From an uncultured Acidimicrobiaceae bacterium (lineage in GTDB: Bacteria > Actinomycetota > Acidimicrobiia > Spongiisociales > UBA5794): DNA of 64,000 nucleotides. The translations under genes and the position numbers were made by a program. Positions 28,804 to 38,139 of this stretch are shown here, one piece after another. The stretch's first letter is position 1. Every line of letters begins with the position of its first letter. A model generated the notes under the pieces. The model was not told the DNA's origin. It made no database searches and saw only the letters and a list, made by a program, of their open reading frames with translations. The DNA is taken from positions 358-64,357 of the forward strand of contig CAZPAV010000009.1 in assembly GCA_964584755.1 (NCBI GenBank). The letters run 5' to 3'.

Positions 28804-29891
28804 TGGAGCGGTACATCATCGACTTCGCACGCTGCGACGACTCGTGCCTGAGCCGGGTCGGCGGCAAGAGCGTCGGTCTCGGCACCATGATCCGCGCCGG
28901 CGTACCGGTCCCGCCGGGCTTCGCGGTGACGACGAACGCGTACCTCGCCGCGATCCGCGACGCGGGGATCGAGGCGGCCATCGCCGACCTCCTCGCCGGT
29001 GTGCACCCGGAGGACGTCGACGCCCTCGAGGAGATCAGCGTCGGCATCCGGGAACGGATCGAAGCGTCGGCCATCCCCTCCGAGGTCGAGGCCGCGGTGC
29101 GCGACGCCTACGAGGAGCTCTCCGGCCGGTGTGGGTATCCCGACGGGGACCTCCCCGTAGCGGTCCGCTCCTCGGCGACCGCCGAGGATCTCCCCGGCGC
29201 GAGCTTCGCCGGCCAGCAGGACACCTACCTCTGGATCGTCGGCGCCGACGCGGTGCTGACCCACGTGCGGCGCTGCTGGTCGAGCCTGTACACGGCACGC
29301 GCCATCGCCTACCGGATCGAGCAGGGGTTCGCCCACACCCAGGTGGCGATGAGCGTCTGTGTGCAGAAGATGGTGAACGCCCGGGCCGCGGGAGTGATGT
29401 TCACCCTGAACCCCTCCAACGGCGACCGGTCCAAGGTGGCCATCGACGCCGCCTGGGGACTCGGGGAGGCGGTGGCGTCCGGTGAGGTGACGCCCGACAA
29501 CTACCTCGTCGACAAGATCGTGCTCGAGATCGTGCGCAAGACGGTCTCCCCCAAGGCCGTGGAGTACCGGCCCGACGTCGCGGAGCGGCGGATGGTCCGG
29601 CGCGAGGTGGAACCGGCGCGTCGTGAGGCGCCCTGTCTCACCGACGAGGAGGTGCTCGCCCTGGCTCGCTACGGGCGGCTCATCGAGGGCCACCACGGTC
29701 GTCCCCAGGATCTCGAGTGGGCCGTGGACGCCGACCTCGAGCCGCCCGAGAACATCGTGCTGCTCCAGGCCCGACCCGAGACGGTGTGGAGCACCCGGCA
29801 GCGGGAGAACGTGACCTCCGCGGAGGGCTCGACGCTCGATCACATCGTCGCCAACCTCCTCACCGGGGTGCGACTGCGGGGAGGCGGGTGA
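28803..29891 (+). CDS. ppsB: Phenylphosphate synthase subunit B-like (ATP-binding, PEP-synthase N-terminal domain)
   Basis: VGGKS, VPPGF, AVRSSATAEDLPGASFAGQQDTYL, GEVTPD, LQARPETVWS, C-terminal IVANLLTG; no His or PEP domain. Confidence 0.85.
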   Translation: MERYIIDFARCDDSCLSRVGGKSVGLGTMIRAGVPVPPGFAVTTNAYLAAIRDAGIEAAIADLLAGVHPEDVDALEEISVGIRERIEASAIPSEVEAAVRDAYEELSGRCGYPDGDLPVAVRSSATAEDLPGASFAGQQDTYLWIVGADAVLTHVRRCWSSLYTARAIAYRIEQGFAHTQVAMSVCVQKMVNARAAGVMFTLNPSNGDRSKVAIDAAWGLGEAVASGEVTPDNYLVDKIVLEIVRKTVSPKAVEYRPDVAERRMVRREVEPARREAPCLTDEEVLALARYGRLIEGHHGRPQDLEWAVDADLEPPENIVLLQARPETVWSTRQRENVTSAEGSTLDHIVANLLTGVRLRGGG

Positions 29892-30040
29892 CCGACCACG
29901 GCCGGGTCCCCCGGAGGACCCGAGGAGCGAAGGACGCGGCGAGAGGGAGGACGCGATGAGCTGACCGGGGGGAACGAGGAGAGGAGCGGGCCCGGAGCGC
30001 CCGCGCGGCAGACAGGAACAGCGATCGTGAGGAGAGGGCG

Positions 30041-31861
30041 ATGAGCGACACCAGGTTCCCCAGTCCCTTCGAGGTGCCGACCCCCGAGGGATGCGAGGGG
30101 TGGCAGGACCTGTATCCGTACTACTACCTGTTCAGCGAGGAGCGTCGCGAGTTCGAGGAATCGAAGTTCTGGTTCTTCGACGGCATGCACCACCCGGAGG
30201 TGCTCTACCCGTTCGACACCATCACCGCGGAGAGCTGGTGGGTGGCGCTCGGAGAGATGAACTCCCGGGTGTACATCGTGCCCCCGGCTCTCGGCATCGA
30301 CCAGCGCGTCCTCAACGGCCGGCTCTACATCAGCGCCAACGCCATCATGGACGAGGAGGTCGTCGGGGCGCGCGTCCAGCACTTCATGGAGCGCGCCGGG
30401 TACTACTACGAGCACTGGGACGAGCTGTACGAGCGCTGGCAGGAGAAGGCGCGCCAGACCGTCGAGGAGCTCAAGGCCGTCGAGGTGAGGCCCCTCCCCG
30501 AGATGGAGGACCTCGAGACGGTTCGGGCCGGACGGGGACTCACCTCGGCGTACGACCTGCTCGTGGCGTACAACCGGGTCATCGAGAACATGCACAAGAT
30601 GTGGCATCTCCACTTCGAGTTCCTCAACCTGGGGTACGCCGCCTACCTGACCTTCTTCGGGCTCTGCAAGCAGCTCTTCCCCGACATCCCCGACCAGACG
30701 GTGGCGCGGATGGTGGCGGGGATCGACGTGTTGCTCTTCCGCCCCGACGCCGAGCTGAAGAAGCTCGCGAAGAAGGCGGTCGAGCTGGGCGTCGCCGACG
30801 CCTTCAAGCAGCACACCGATCCGGCGGAGGTCATCGACGTCCTGGAGCAGAGCGAGGCGGGACGGCGGTGGATCGCCGAGCTCGAACGGGTGCGGGACCC
30901 CTGGTTCTACTTCTCGACGGGCTCCGGCTTCTACCACCACCACAAGACGTGGATCAACGACGAGACCTACCCCTTCAGCGGCATCGCCGACTACATCGGG
31001 CGCATCGAGGCCGGGGAGAGCATCGAGCGGCCGCTCGAGGAGGTGAAGGCGGAGCGGGACCGGATCTCGGCGGAGTACGCGGCGCTGCTCGACGGCGACG
31101 ACCTGAAGAACTTCGAGCAGCAGCTCGCCCTGGCCCGGACGGTGTTCCCCTTCATCGAGGACCACAACTTCTACGTGGAGCACTGGCACCACGCGGTGTT
31201 CTGGAACAAGATGCGGGAGTTCGGGCAGATCTTCGTCGACGCCGGCTTCTTCGAGGAGGTGGACGACATGTTCTACCTCCATCGCTACGAGGTGCAGGCC
31301 GCGCTGTACGACCTCATCTCCTCCTGGGGGGTGGGGACGCCGGCACGCGGCCCGGGGTACTGGCCCAAGGAGATCACCCGGCGTAAGGAGCTCTTCGAGC
31401 GCCTCTCCCGGTGGACGCCGGTCCCGGCCCTCGGGGAGCCGCCGGAGGTCGTCACCGAGCCGTTCACGATCATGCTCTGGGGGATCACCACCGACTCCAT
31501 CCAGAACTGGTTGGGGATCGGCGGCGACGAGGACGCCGAGTACGACCTGAAGGGGTTCGCCGGGTCGCCGGGGACCGTCGAGGGCCCGGCCCGGGTCATC
31601 CTCAGCGCCGACGAGCTGCACCAGGTCCAGGAGGGCGAGGTCCTCGTCTGCCCGATCACGAACCCGAGCTGGGGCCCCGCGTTCTCGAAGATCGCGGCCG
31701 CGGTCACCGACATCGGGGGCATGATGTCCCATGCCTCGATCGTCTGCCGCGAGTACGGCGTCCCCGCCGTCGTCGGGACCGGGTTCGCCACCCAGCGGAT
31801 CCAGACCGGCCGGCGGGTCCGGGTCGACGGCTCCGCGGGGACGGTGACGATCCTCGACTGA
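30041..31861 (+). CDS. ppsA: Phenylphosphate synthase subunit A-like (phospho-His)
   Basis: GWQDLYPYYY, HFEFLNLGYAAY, HNFYVEHW, EPFTIMLWG, TDIGGMMSHASIVCREYG. Confidence 0.87.
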   Translation: MSDTRFPSPFEVPTPEGCEGWQDLYPYYYLFSEERREFEESKFWFFDGMHHPEVLYPFDTITAESWWVALGEMNSRVYIVPPALGIDQRVLNGRLYISANAIMDEEVVGARVQHFMERAGYYYEHWDELYERWQEKARQTVEELKAVEVRPLPEMEDLETVRAGRGLTSAYDLLVAYNRVIENMHKMWHLHFEFLNLGYAAYLTFFGLCKQLFPDIPDQTVARMVAGIDVLLFRPDAELKKLAKKAVELGVADAFKQHTDPAEVIDVLEQSEAGRRWIAELERVRDPWFYFSTGSGFYHHHKTWINDETYPFSGIADYIGRIEAGESIERPLEEVKAERDRISAEYAALLDGDDLKNFEQQLALARTVFPFIEDHNFYVEHWHHAVFWNKMREFGQIFVDAGFFEEVDDMFYLHRYEVQAALYDLISSWGVGTPARGPGYWPKEITRRKELFERLSRWTPVPALGEPPEVVTEPFTIMLWGITTDSIQNWLGIGGDEDAEYDLKGFAGSPGTVEGPARVILSADELHQVQEGEVLVCPITNPSWGPAFSKIAAAVTDIGGMMSHASIVCREYGVPAVVGTGFATQRIQTGRRVRVDGSAGTVTILD

Positions 31862-31865
31862 GGGG

Positions 31866-32339
31866 GTGCGGCGCGTGGGCGGGATCCGGGCGCGACTCGG
31901 CGGTGTCACCGACGCGGTGCTCGAGGCCGCGCTGGCGGCGGCGGGCTGGACGCCCGGATCCCCCGCCGACGGGGTCGTCTTCGACGCCCGGCGTCCCCCG
32001 GGACCGGGTTGGAAGGAGACCGCCCCGTTCCTGCGGGAGGCCTTCCTCCTCACCCGGGACGCGCTGCGGGGCGCGGCTCCGGTGGTGTACGTCGTGGCGC
32101 TCGACGACTGCTACGGGCGGGGCTCCCGCAGCGGGGCGGTGATCGCCTGCGGCCTCCTGTCGGCGGCCCGCACCGCGGCCCTCGAGGCCCGTGACGTCCC
32201 GGTGAACGTGCTCGCCGTCGGCGCGGCGGAGGACACGGCCCGGATCGCCCGTTGGGTCGTGCGCCTCCTCGAGGGCGACGGGCTCCACGGCGAGCTCGTT
32301 CGCCTCGGCGGCGGGCACCTGGGAGACGTGCAGCCATGA
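31866..32339 (+). CDS. Hypothetical protein, degenerate SDR-like C-terminal half (start uncertain)
   Basis: GLLSAARTAALE...VNVLAVG resembles the SDR helix F/strand F; no TGxxxGxG or YxxxK; ATGA-coupled to the next SDR. Confidence 0.55.
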   Translation: MRRVGGIRARLGGVTDAVLEAALAAAGWTPGSPADGVVFDARRPPGPGWKETAPFLREAFLLTRDALRGAAPVVYVVALDDCYGRGSRSGAVIACGLLSAARTAALEARDVPVNVLAVGAAEDTARIARWVVRLLEGDGLHGELVRLGGGHLGDVQP

Positions 32340-33049
32340 CCGCGGTCGTGACCGGCGCCGCCCGCGGGATCGGGTACGCCGTCGCCCGGCGCCTCGCCCG
32401 GGAGGGACCCGTGGTGCTCGTCGACGTCGCCCCCGGCGTCGCGGAGGCGGCGGCCGAGCTGGCGGGGACGGGGGCGACGGTGCGGGCGGTCCGCGCCGAC
32501 CTCACCGAGGCCTCGGGACGCGACGCGGTGCGACGGGCCGTGGAGACGACCGGGACCGGATTGCGCACGCTGGTGAACAACGCCGGGATCACCCGGGACG
32601 CCCGGCTCGTCAAGCTCACCGAGGAGGCTTTCACCGCCGTCCTGGAGGTGAACCTCGGGGCGGCGTGGCGGCTCACCGAGCTCCTCCTGCCAGCGATGGT
32701 CGACGGCGGGGCGGTCGTGAGCCTCGCCTCCCGCACCTACCTGGGGAACTTCGGTCAGTTCAACTACACGATGTCGAAGGGCGGTCTCGTCGGGCTCACC
32801 CGGGCGCTGGCGCTCGCGCTCGCCCCCCGCATCCGGGTGAACGCGGTGGCGCCGGGTCCGATCGATACCGAGATGGTCCGGGCGATCCCCGACGAGATTC
32901 GGGGGAGGATCCTCGGCATGGTCCCGGCGGCCCGCTTCGGCGCCCCCGAGGAGGTGGCCGAGCTCGTGGCCTTCCTCGCCGACGGCGCCCGCAGCGGCTT
33001 CGTCACCGGGCAGGTGATCGTCGTCGACGGCGGCCGGACGCTGCGCTGA
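32336..33049 (+). CDS. SDR oxidoreductase (FabG-like)
   Basis: VTGAARGIG, NNAGITRD, ASRTYLGNFGQFNYTMSK, VNAVAPG. Confidence 0.9.
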   Translation: MTAVVTGAARGIGYAVARRLAREGPVVLVDVAPGVAEAAAELAGTGATVRAVRADLTEASGRDAVRRAVETTGTGLRTLVNNAGITRDARLVKLTEEAFTAVLEVNLGAAWRLTELLLPAMVDGGAVVSLASRTYLGNFGQFNYTMSKGGLVGLTRALALALAPRIRVNAVAPGPIDTEMVRAIPDEIRGRILGMVPAARFGAPEEVAELVAFLADGARSGFVTGQVIVVDGGRTLR

Positions 33050-33058
33050 GGGCGCCGC

Positions 33059-34033
33059 TCAGCGGGCCCCGGCGAGGTCGGTGAGGAGGCGGCGGACGTA
33101 GACGGGGATCATGCGCTTGCGGTACCGCGAGGTGAGGTCGGTGTTCCCCATGGGTCGCACCGCCTTGCCGGCGAGCGCTCCCGCCTCCTCCACGAGCTCC
33201 GCGGACCAGGGGTGGGCGGTGAGGAGCTCCTCGGCGGCGGTGGCCCGCACCGGGGCGGAGGCGACCGCTCCGAGGACGATCCGGGCCTCCCGACAGCGGT
33301 CCCTGGCGAAGCGCAGGGCGGCGGCGACGCCGAGGATGGGGAAGTCGATCGAGCCTCGGCGGCGGAGCTTGCGATAGCCGGCGCGACGGTCGCCGAGGGA
33401 TGGGACGACGACCTCGACGAGGATCTCCTCGGGCTCCTTGGCGAGGTGGGCCATGCCGTCGTCGCGATAGAGCTCCGCCACCGGGAGGGTCCGTGTTCCG
33501 TCGGGTCCGGCGAGCCGGACGGTCGCCTCGAGGGCGACGAGGACCGGGGCGAGATCGGAGGAGAGGACCGCCCAGCACTGCCGCTTCGCCGGCGCCACCC
33601 AGCACGTCTCGCCCCCGGCCTTCAGGCAGGGCTCCGCCGCCTGCCGCCACAGGTCGGTGACGTTGAGCCAGTGGCAGCGGGTGTCGACGCAGAGGTTCCC
33701 ACCGACCGTTCCCCGGTTGCGGAGCTGCGGGGAGGCGACGAGGGCGGCGGCCGCGGCGAGGGCCTCGGGGACGTCGGGGGAGGAGGCGACGGTCGCCAGG
33801 GTGGTGAGCGTCCCGAGACGGACCGTGCCGTCCTCCGCGGTGGTGATGCCGGCGAGCCCGGGGACCGCGGCGAGGGAGACGACGGTGCCGGCGGGGAACT
33901 GGCGGCGCTTGAGGTTGGGGTAGAGGTCGGTGCCGCCGGAGACGACGACGGCGTCGTCGTGCGCGGCGAGGAGGGCGAACACCTCGGCGAGCCCCGTCGG
34001 CCGGTGGTAGGCGAAGGCGGGGAGGCGCATCAT
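33059..34033 (-). CDS. hcrB: 4-hydroxybenzoyl-CoA reductase beta-like subunit (FAD plus [4Fe-4S] insert)
   Basis: GGTDLYPNLKR, GTVGGNLCVDTRC-x15-CLK-x5-C-x8-C four-Cys insert, SIDFP. Confidence 0.82.
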   Translation of the reverse strand: MMRLPAFAYHRPTGLAEVFALLAAHDDAVVVSGGTDLYPNLKRRQFPAGTVVSLAAVPGLAGITTAEDGTVRLGTLTTLATVASSPDVPEALAAAAALVASPQLRNRGTVGGNLCVDTRCHWLNVTDLWRQAAEPCLKAGGETCWVAPAKRQCWAVLSSDLAPVLVALEATVRLAGPDGTRTLPVAELYRDDGMAHLAKEPEEILVEVVVPSLGDRRAGYRKLRRRGSIDFPILGVAAALRFARDRCREARIVLGAVASAPVRATAAEELLTAHPWSAELVEEAGALAGKAVRPMGNTDLTSRYRKRMIPVYVRRLLTDLAGAR

Positions 34034-36423
34034 CGGGCCACGGCTCCCGGGGAGTGCTCCGGGGGCGCGACCCGCCGCACCGGCCGGAAGCGATGATCGG
34101 GGATCCCCGCCGGCCCGAAGCGGCCCGGGCCGCCGCGCGCCCGGTCACGCAGCGCGGCGACGACCTTGTCGGGGCGGATGGGGGTCTCGTCGACGCGGAT
34201 CCCCAGGGCGTCGTACACGGCGTTCGCCACCGCCGGGATGACCGGGAGGAGCGGGCCCTGGCCGACCTCCTTCGCCCCGAAGGGCCCCTCGGGGTCGATG
34301 CTCTCGACGAGGATCGACTCCACCGGGGGCATCTCGAGGATGGTCGGGATCTTGTAGTCGAGGAGCGACGGTCCGTCGTGGAGGGCGCCGCGGAAGGCCT
34401 GCTCCTCCATGAGCACCTCGCCCAGGGCCATGTGCACGCTGCCCTCGATCTGGCCGACGACGAGGAGCTCGTTGATGGCCCGGCCGATGTCGTGGGCCAG
34501 CCACACCCGTTCCACGGTCACGAACCCGGTCTCCTCGTCGCAGGAGACCTCGGCCACGCACGCCGAGTACGAGTAGGCGGGGGAGGGGCCGACACCGGCG
34601 CCCCGGTACTCCCCGGAGATGCCCTTCGGGGGACGGTACGAGCCGGAGGTCACGAGCGGGCCCCAGCGAGCCTCGGCCATCCGCACCGCCTCGGCCCAGG
34701 GGATGGCGCGGTGGGGGTCGGCGGTCACCACGACGTGGCCGTCGCGGGTCGCCAGGGCGTCGGGATCGACCCCGAGCTCCTCGGCGGCGGCGACGAGGAC
34801 GAGGTCCTGGAGCTTCAACGCGGCGTCGAGGGCGGCGTTGCCGGCCATGAAGGTCACCCGGCTCGAGTAGCTCCCGAGGTCGATGGGGGTGAGGTCGGTG
34901 TCGGCGGTCACCATCGCGAGATCGGAGGCCGCGAGGCCGAGGACCTCGCCGACGATCGTGGCGAGCATCGTCGTGGAGCCCTGGCCGACGTCGGCGGCCA
35001 TGGAGGAGACGGTGACGCCGCCGCCGCGGTCCACCTTGAGCACGACCTCGGACTGGGGCATGTCGTTGAAGTAGATGGGGAACCCGGCACCCGACATGTA
35101 CGCCCCCACGGCGAGACCCACGCCCCGGCCCCGGGGGAGCGCCCCGTGGCGGCTGCGGAAGTCGGAGGCGGTCACGACGCGCTCGAGGCACTCGGCGAGC
35201 CCGCAGCTCGTGATACGGAGGTGGTTCACGGTGGCGCTGAAGGGCTCGACGAGGTTCCGCTCCCGGATCGTCACCGGGTCGAGACCGAGGTCTTCGGCGG
35301 CCTTGTCGAGGTGGCACTCGAGGGCGAAGCGGGGCTGGGGGGTCCCGTGGCCGCGCTTGGGGCCGCAGGCGGGCTTGTTCGTGTAGCAGCGGACCCCCTC
35401 CCAGCGGTAGGCGGGGATCCGGTACGTCGTCGTCTGGAGCTGTCCCGTGTAGAGGAGGCTGGCCGCGCCGTAGCTGCCGTAGGCGCCACCGTCGAGGAAG
35501 GTCTTGAACCACATGGCGGTGATGCGCCCGTCCGCGGTGAACCCCGTCCTCACCCACATGAGGACGGGATGCCGGCCGCGGTGCGCGTAGAAGACGTCCT
35601 CGCGGGTGAGGGTGATCTTCACCGGCCGGCCGGTGACGAGCGCCAGCTTGGCGGCGACGAGCTCGTGGGAGAAGACGTCGGTCTTGGCTCCGAAGCCGCC
35701 GCCCATGGGGCTCGCCACGACCCGGATGCGGGCCTCGGGGACCTCGAGCACCCGGGCGAGGATGCGGTGGAGGTAGTGGGGGACCTGGGTGGAGGACCAG
35801 ACGGTGAGCCGGCCGTCCCCCCCGACGCGGGCCACCGCGCCGTGCTCCTCGAGCGCGGCGTGGTTCGTCCCCTGGAAGAAGAAGACGTCCTCCCGGACGT
35901 GATCCGCCCGGTCGAAGCCGTCGTCGACGTCTCCGAACTCGAGCGCCATCTCGCGGTGGACGTTGCTGCGGGGACCCTCGCCGTGGATGGGCTCCTCGGT
36001 CTCCTCGAGGGCGTCGGCGATGGTGGTGACCTCGGGGAGGGGCTCGTACGTCACCTCGATGAGCGACAGGGCCCGCTCCGCGGTCTCGGGGTCCGTCGCC
36101 GCGACCGCGGCCACCGGCTCGCCGACGTGGCGGACCTTGCCCACGGCGAGGGCGTGCTCGTCCTGGTCGACGGGGAGGAGGCCGTAGGGGACGGGGAAGT
36201 CGGCCCCGGTGAGGACGGCGTGAACGCCGGGGAGCGCCGCGGCGGCGGTCGTGTCGATGGAGACGATCCGGGCGTGGGCTCGAGTGGAGCGGAGCAGGCG
36301 GCCGGTGAGCATCCGGGGGAAGGCGAGGTCGTCGACGTAGACGGTGCCGCCGGTGGCGTGGGCGAGGGCGTCGACCCGGGGAGCGGACCCGCCGACGATG
36401 CGGTTCGTGGGCTCGATCCTCAT
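34030..36423 (-). CDS. hcrA: 4-hydroxybenzoyl-CoA reductase alpha-like subunit (molybdopterin, XDH family)
   Basis: STQVPHY, GGGFG, HRGRHP, GPKRGHG, DLGSYSSRVTFMAGNA, DPEGPFGAKE. Confidence 0.82.
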   Translation of the reverse strand: MRIEPTNRIVGGSAPRVDALAHATGGTVYVDDLAFPRMLTGRLLRSTRAHARIVSIDTTAAAALPGVHAVLTGADFPVPYGLLPVDQDEHALAVGKVRHVGEPVAAVAATDPETAERALSLIEVTYEPLPEVTTIADALEETEEPIHGEGPRSNVHREMALEFGDVDDGFDRADHVREDVFFFQGTNHAALEEHGAVARVGGDGRLTVWSSTQVPHYLHRILARVLEVPEARIRVVASPMGGGFGAKTDVFSHELVAAKLALVTGRPVKITLTREDVFYAHRGRHPVLMWVRTGFTADGRITAMWFKTFLDGGAYGSYGAASLLYTGQLQTTTYRIPAYRWEGVRCYTNKPACGPKRGHGTPQPRFALECHLDKAAEDLGLDPVTIRERNLVEPFSATVNHLRITSCGLAECLERVVTASDFRSRHGALPRGRGVGLAVGAYMSGAGFPIYFNDMPQSEVVLKVDRGGGVTVSSMAADVGQGSTTMLATIVGEVLGLAASDLAMVTADTDLTPIDLGSYSSRVTFMAGNAALDAALKLQDLVLVAAAEELGVDPDALATRDGHVVVTADPHRAIPWAEAVRMAEARWGPLVTSGSYRPPKGISGEYRGAGVGPSPAYSYSACVAEVSCDEETGFVTVERVWLAHDIGRAINELLVVGQIEGSVHMALGEVLMEEQAFRGALHDGPSLLDYKIPTILEMPPVESILVESIDPEGPFGAKEVGQGPLLPVIPAVANAVYDALGIRVDETPIRPDKVVAALRDRARGGPGRFGPAGIPDHRFRPVRRVAPPEHSPGAVAR

Positions 36424-36884
36424 GCGCCGCTCCCCGCCGCCGCCGCCACGGCGCGGACGATGCTGAGGTATCCGGTGCAGCGACACATGTTCCCGGCGAG
36501 CGCCTCCCGGATCTCCGTCTCGGACGGATGGGGGACGCGGTCGAGGAGAGCCTTGGCGGTGAGGATCATCGCCGGGGTGCAGTAGCCGCACTGGGAGGCG
36601 CCGAAGGCGGCGAAGCTCTCCTGGAGCGGGTGGGGGTGGGCGATCGTGCCGAGCCCCTCGATGGTGGTGACCTCGTGGTCGGCGGCGTCGACGGCGAGGA
36701 GGAGGCAGGAGAGCTGGGGGACGCCATCGACGAGGACGGTGCAGGCGCCGCACTCCCCGAGCTCGCAGCCGTGCTTCGTGCCGGTGAGTTCGAGGTCCTC
36801 ACGGAGCACCTCGAGGAGCGTCCGGTGGGGGGGAGCGACGAGCTCGTAGCGATCTCCGTTGACCACCAACGCCAGCGGCTCCAT
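36420..36884 (-). CDS. hcrC: 4-hydroxybenzoyl-CoA reductase gamma-like subunit (2x[2Fe-2S])
   Basis: GTKHGCELGECGACTV, SCL, QCGYCTP, GNMCRCTGY; order C-A-B. Confidence 0.82.
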   Translation of the reverse strand: MEPLALVVNGDRYELVAPPHRTLLEVLREDLELTGTKHGCELGECGACTVLVDGVPQLSCLLLAVDAADHEVTTIEGLGTIAHPHPLQESFAAFGASQCGYCTPAMILTAKALLDRVPHPSETEIREALAGNMCRCTGYLSIVRAVAAAAGSGA

Positions 36885-36909
36885 CGGGCTCCCCTCCTTC
36901 CTGCGGGCG

Positions 36910-36940
36910 ATTGTAGGCACGCGTTTCGACCGCTCGGTCA
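36910..36940 (-). promoter_or_regulatory. hcrCAB promoter (-10 TACAAT) with TetR-type operator
   Basis: Minus-strand TACAAT at 36915-36910; CGACCGCTCGGTCA at 36927-36940 overlaps the -35 zone. Confidence 0.6.
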
Positions 36941-37035
36941 GGTCAGGATCCGGTGGGCTCCCACCCTCGGGATGGGCGACCGCTCCGCGGCGCCGTGGCC
37001 TCGGCCGGCCGGGACACGGCCTCGCCGGCCACGAG

Positions 37036-38139
37036 TCACGCCGGGACGTAGGCGACGCCGGCGGCGAGGCGGCGGGCGGTTCGCAGGTAGGTGGCCTCCA
37101 CGACGATGCCCGTGGCCGGGTCGATGCGGGCGGTGGCCTCCATGATGCCGCTGGGGTGTCCGATCCGGAGCCGCCCGGAACGAGCCCCGCCGACGGCCTC
37201 GGCGACGACGCTCCCCGGGAGGGCCGCGGCGACCGCGGTCGTTGCCGACACGGTGCCCGGGTACGCCTTGTGGAGGGTCGAGGGCCGGCCGCCGATCACC
37301 CGGGCGCAGAGGTCGGCGTCGGTGATCTCCTCTCCGGCGATGGTCCGGTACGGTGCCGGAGGGGCGACGGCCACGGGCACGGGGACGAGCCCGTCGCCGG
37401 CGATGCCGACGAGGCTCGCCGCGGCGGCCTTGATCGCCTCGACGGCGGCGACGTGCTCGGGGGTGATGTCGCCGGGCCCCTCGGTGCCGGTCAGGCCGGC
37501 GGCCTGGGCCGGGAAGAACACCGAGAGGTTGGCGAGGTCGACGATCGTGGCCTCGACCGGGCCCAGGTCCGTCTCGAGGACGTCCTCGGCGCGTCCCGTC
37601 GGCAGGAGCGCCCCCGTCACCCCTCCCGCCGTGTCGTGGAAGTCGAGGGCGATCGGCGCTCCGGTCCCCGGGACCCCGTCGATGGCCAGGTCGCCCCGCA
37701 CGGCGGCGCGGCCGTCTGCGACGGGCACGCGGGCGACGAGGATCCTCCCGGTGTTCGTGTTGTGGATGCGCACCGTCGTCGCCGGCTCCGTCACCGCGAC
37801 GAGAGCCTCGTCGACGGCGTAGGAGCCCACCGCCGCGGAGATGTTCCCACAGTTGATGTCGTAGTCGACCACCGGCTCGGTGATGGACACCTGCCCGAAG
37901 GTGTAGTCGAGGTCGGCGTCCTCCCGGGAGGCGGGGTCGATGATGGCGAGCTTGCTCGTGAGCAGGTCGGCCCCACCCAGCCCGTCGATCTGGCGGGGGT
38001 CGGGGCTGCCGAACAGCGCCAGGACGAGACGGTCCCGGCGGGGTCCGGGCGGGGGGAGGTCGGCGCCGCGCAGGAACACGGCCTTGCTCGTGCCCCCCCG
38101 CATGAGCACGAAGGGGATGCCGACCTGCTCGGTCGTCAA
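37036..38139 (-). CDS. PrpF/Mii family delta-isomerase
   Basis: MRGGTSKA, QIDGLGGA..LTSK, NCGNISAA, RIHNTNT, RIGHPSG, RTARRL; TTGA overlap with thiolase stop. Confidence 0.9.
   Translation of the reverse strand: MTTEQVGIPFVLMRGGTSKAVFLRGADLPPPGPRRDRLVLALFGSPDPRQIDGLGGADLLTSKLAIIDPASREDADLDYTFGQVSITEPVVDYDINCGNISAAVGSYAVDEALVAVTEPATTVRIHNTNTGRILVARVPVADGRAAVRGDLAIDGVPGTGAPIALDFHDTAGGVTGALLPTGRAEDVLETDLGPVEATIVDLANLSVFFPAQAAGLTGTEGPGDITPEHVAAVEAIKAAAASLVGIAGDGLVPVPVAVAPPAPYRTIAGEEITDADLCARVIGGRPSTLHKAYPGTVSATTAVAAALPGSVVAEAVGGARSGRLRIGHPSGIMEATARIDPATGIVVEATYLRTARRLAAGVAYVPA

Noticed and set aside
28803-31861. PEP synthase, pyruvate phosphate dikinase or rifamycin phosphotransferase
   Set aside because: No PEP/pyruvate-binding barrel; split ATP-binding and His subunits with Pps-specific motifs next to a PpcB-like UbiD.
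33059-36884. Xanthine dehydrogenase or aerobic CO dehydrogenase
   Set aside because: The CoxL AYxCSFR motif is absent, while the HcrB four-Cys insert and the context support 4-hydroxybenzoyl-CoA reductase.
37036-38139. 2-methylcitrate cycle (propionate catabolism) implied by PrpF
   Set aside because: No prpB, prpC or acnD nearby; the gene is coupled to a BbsB-like thiolase.
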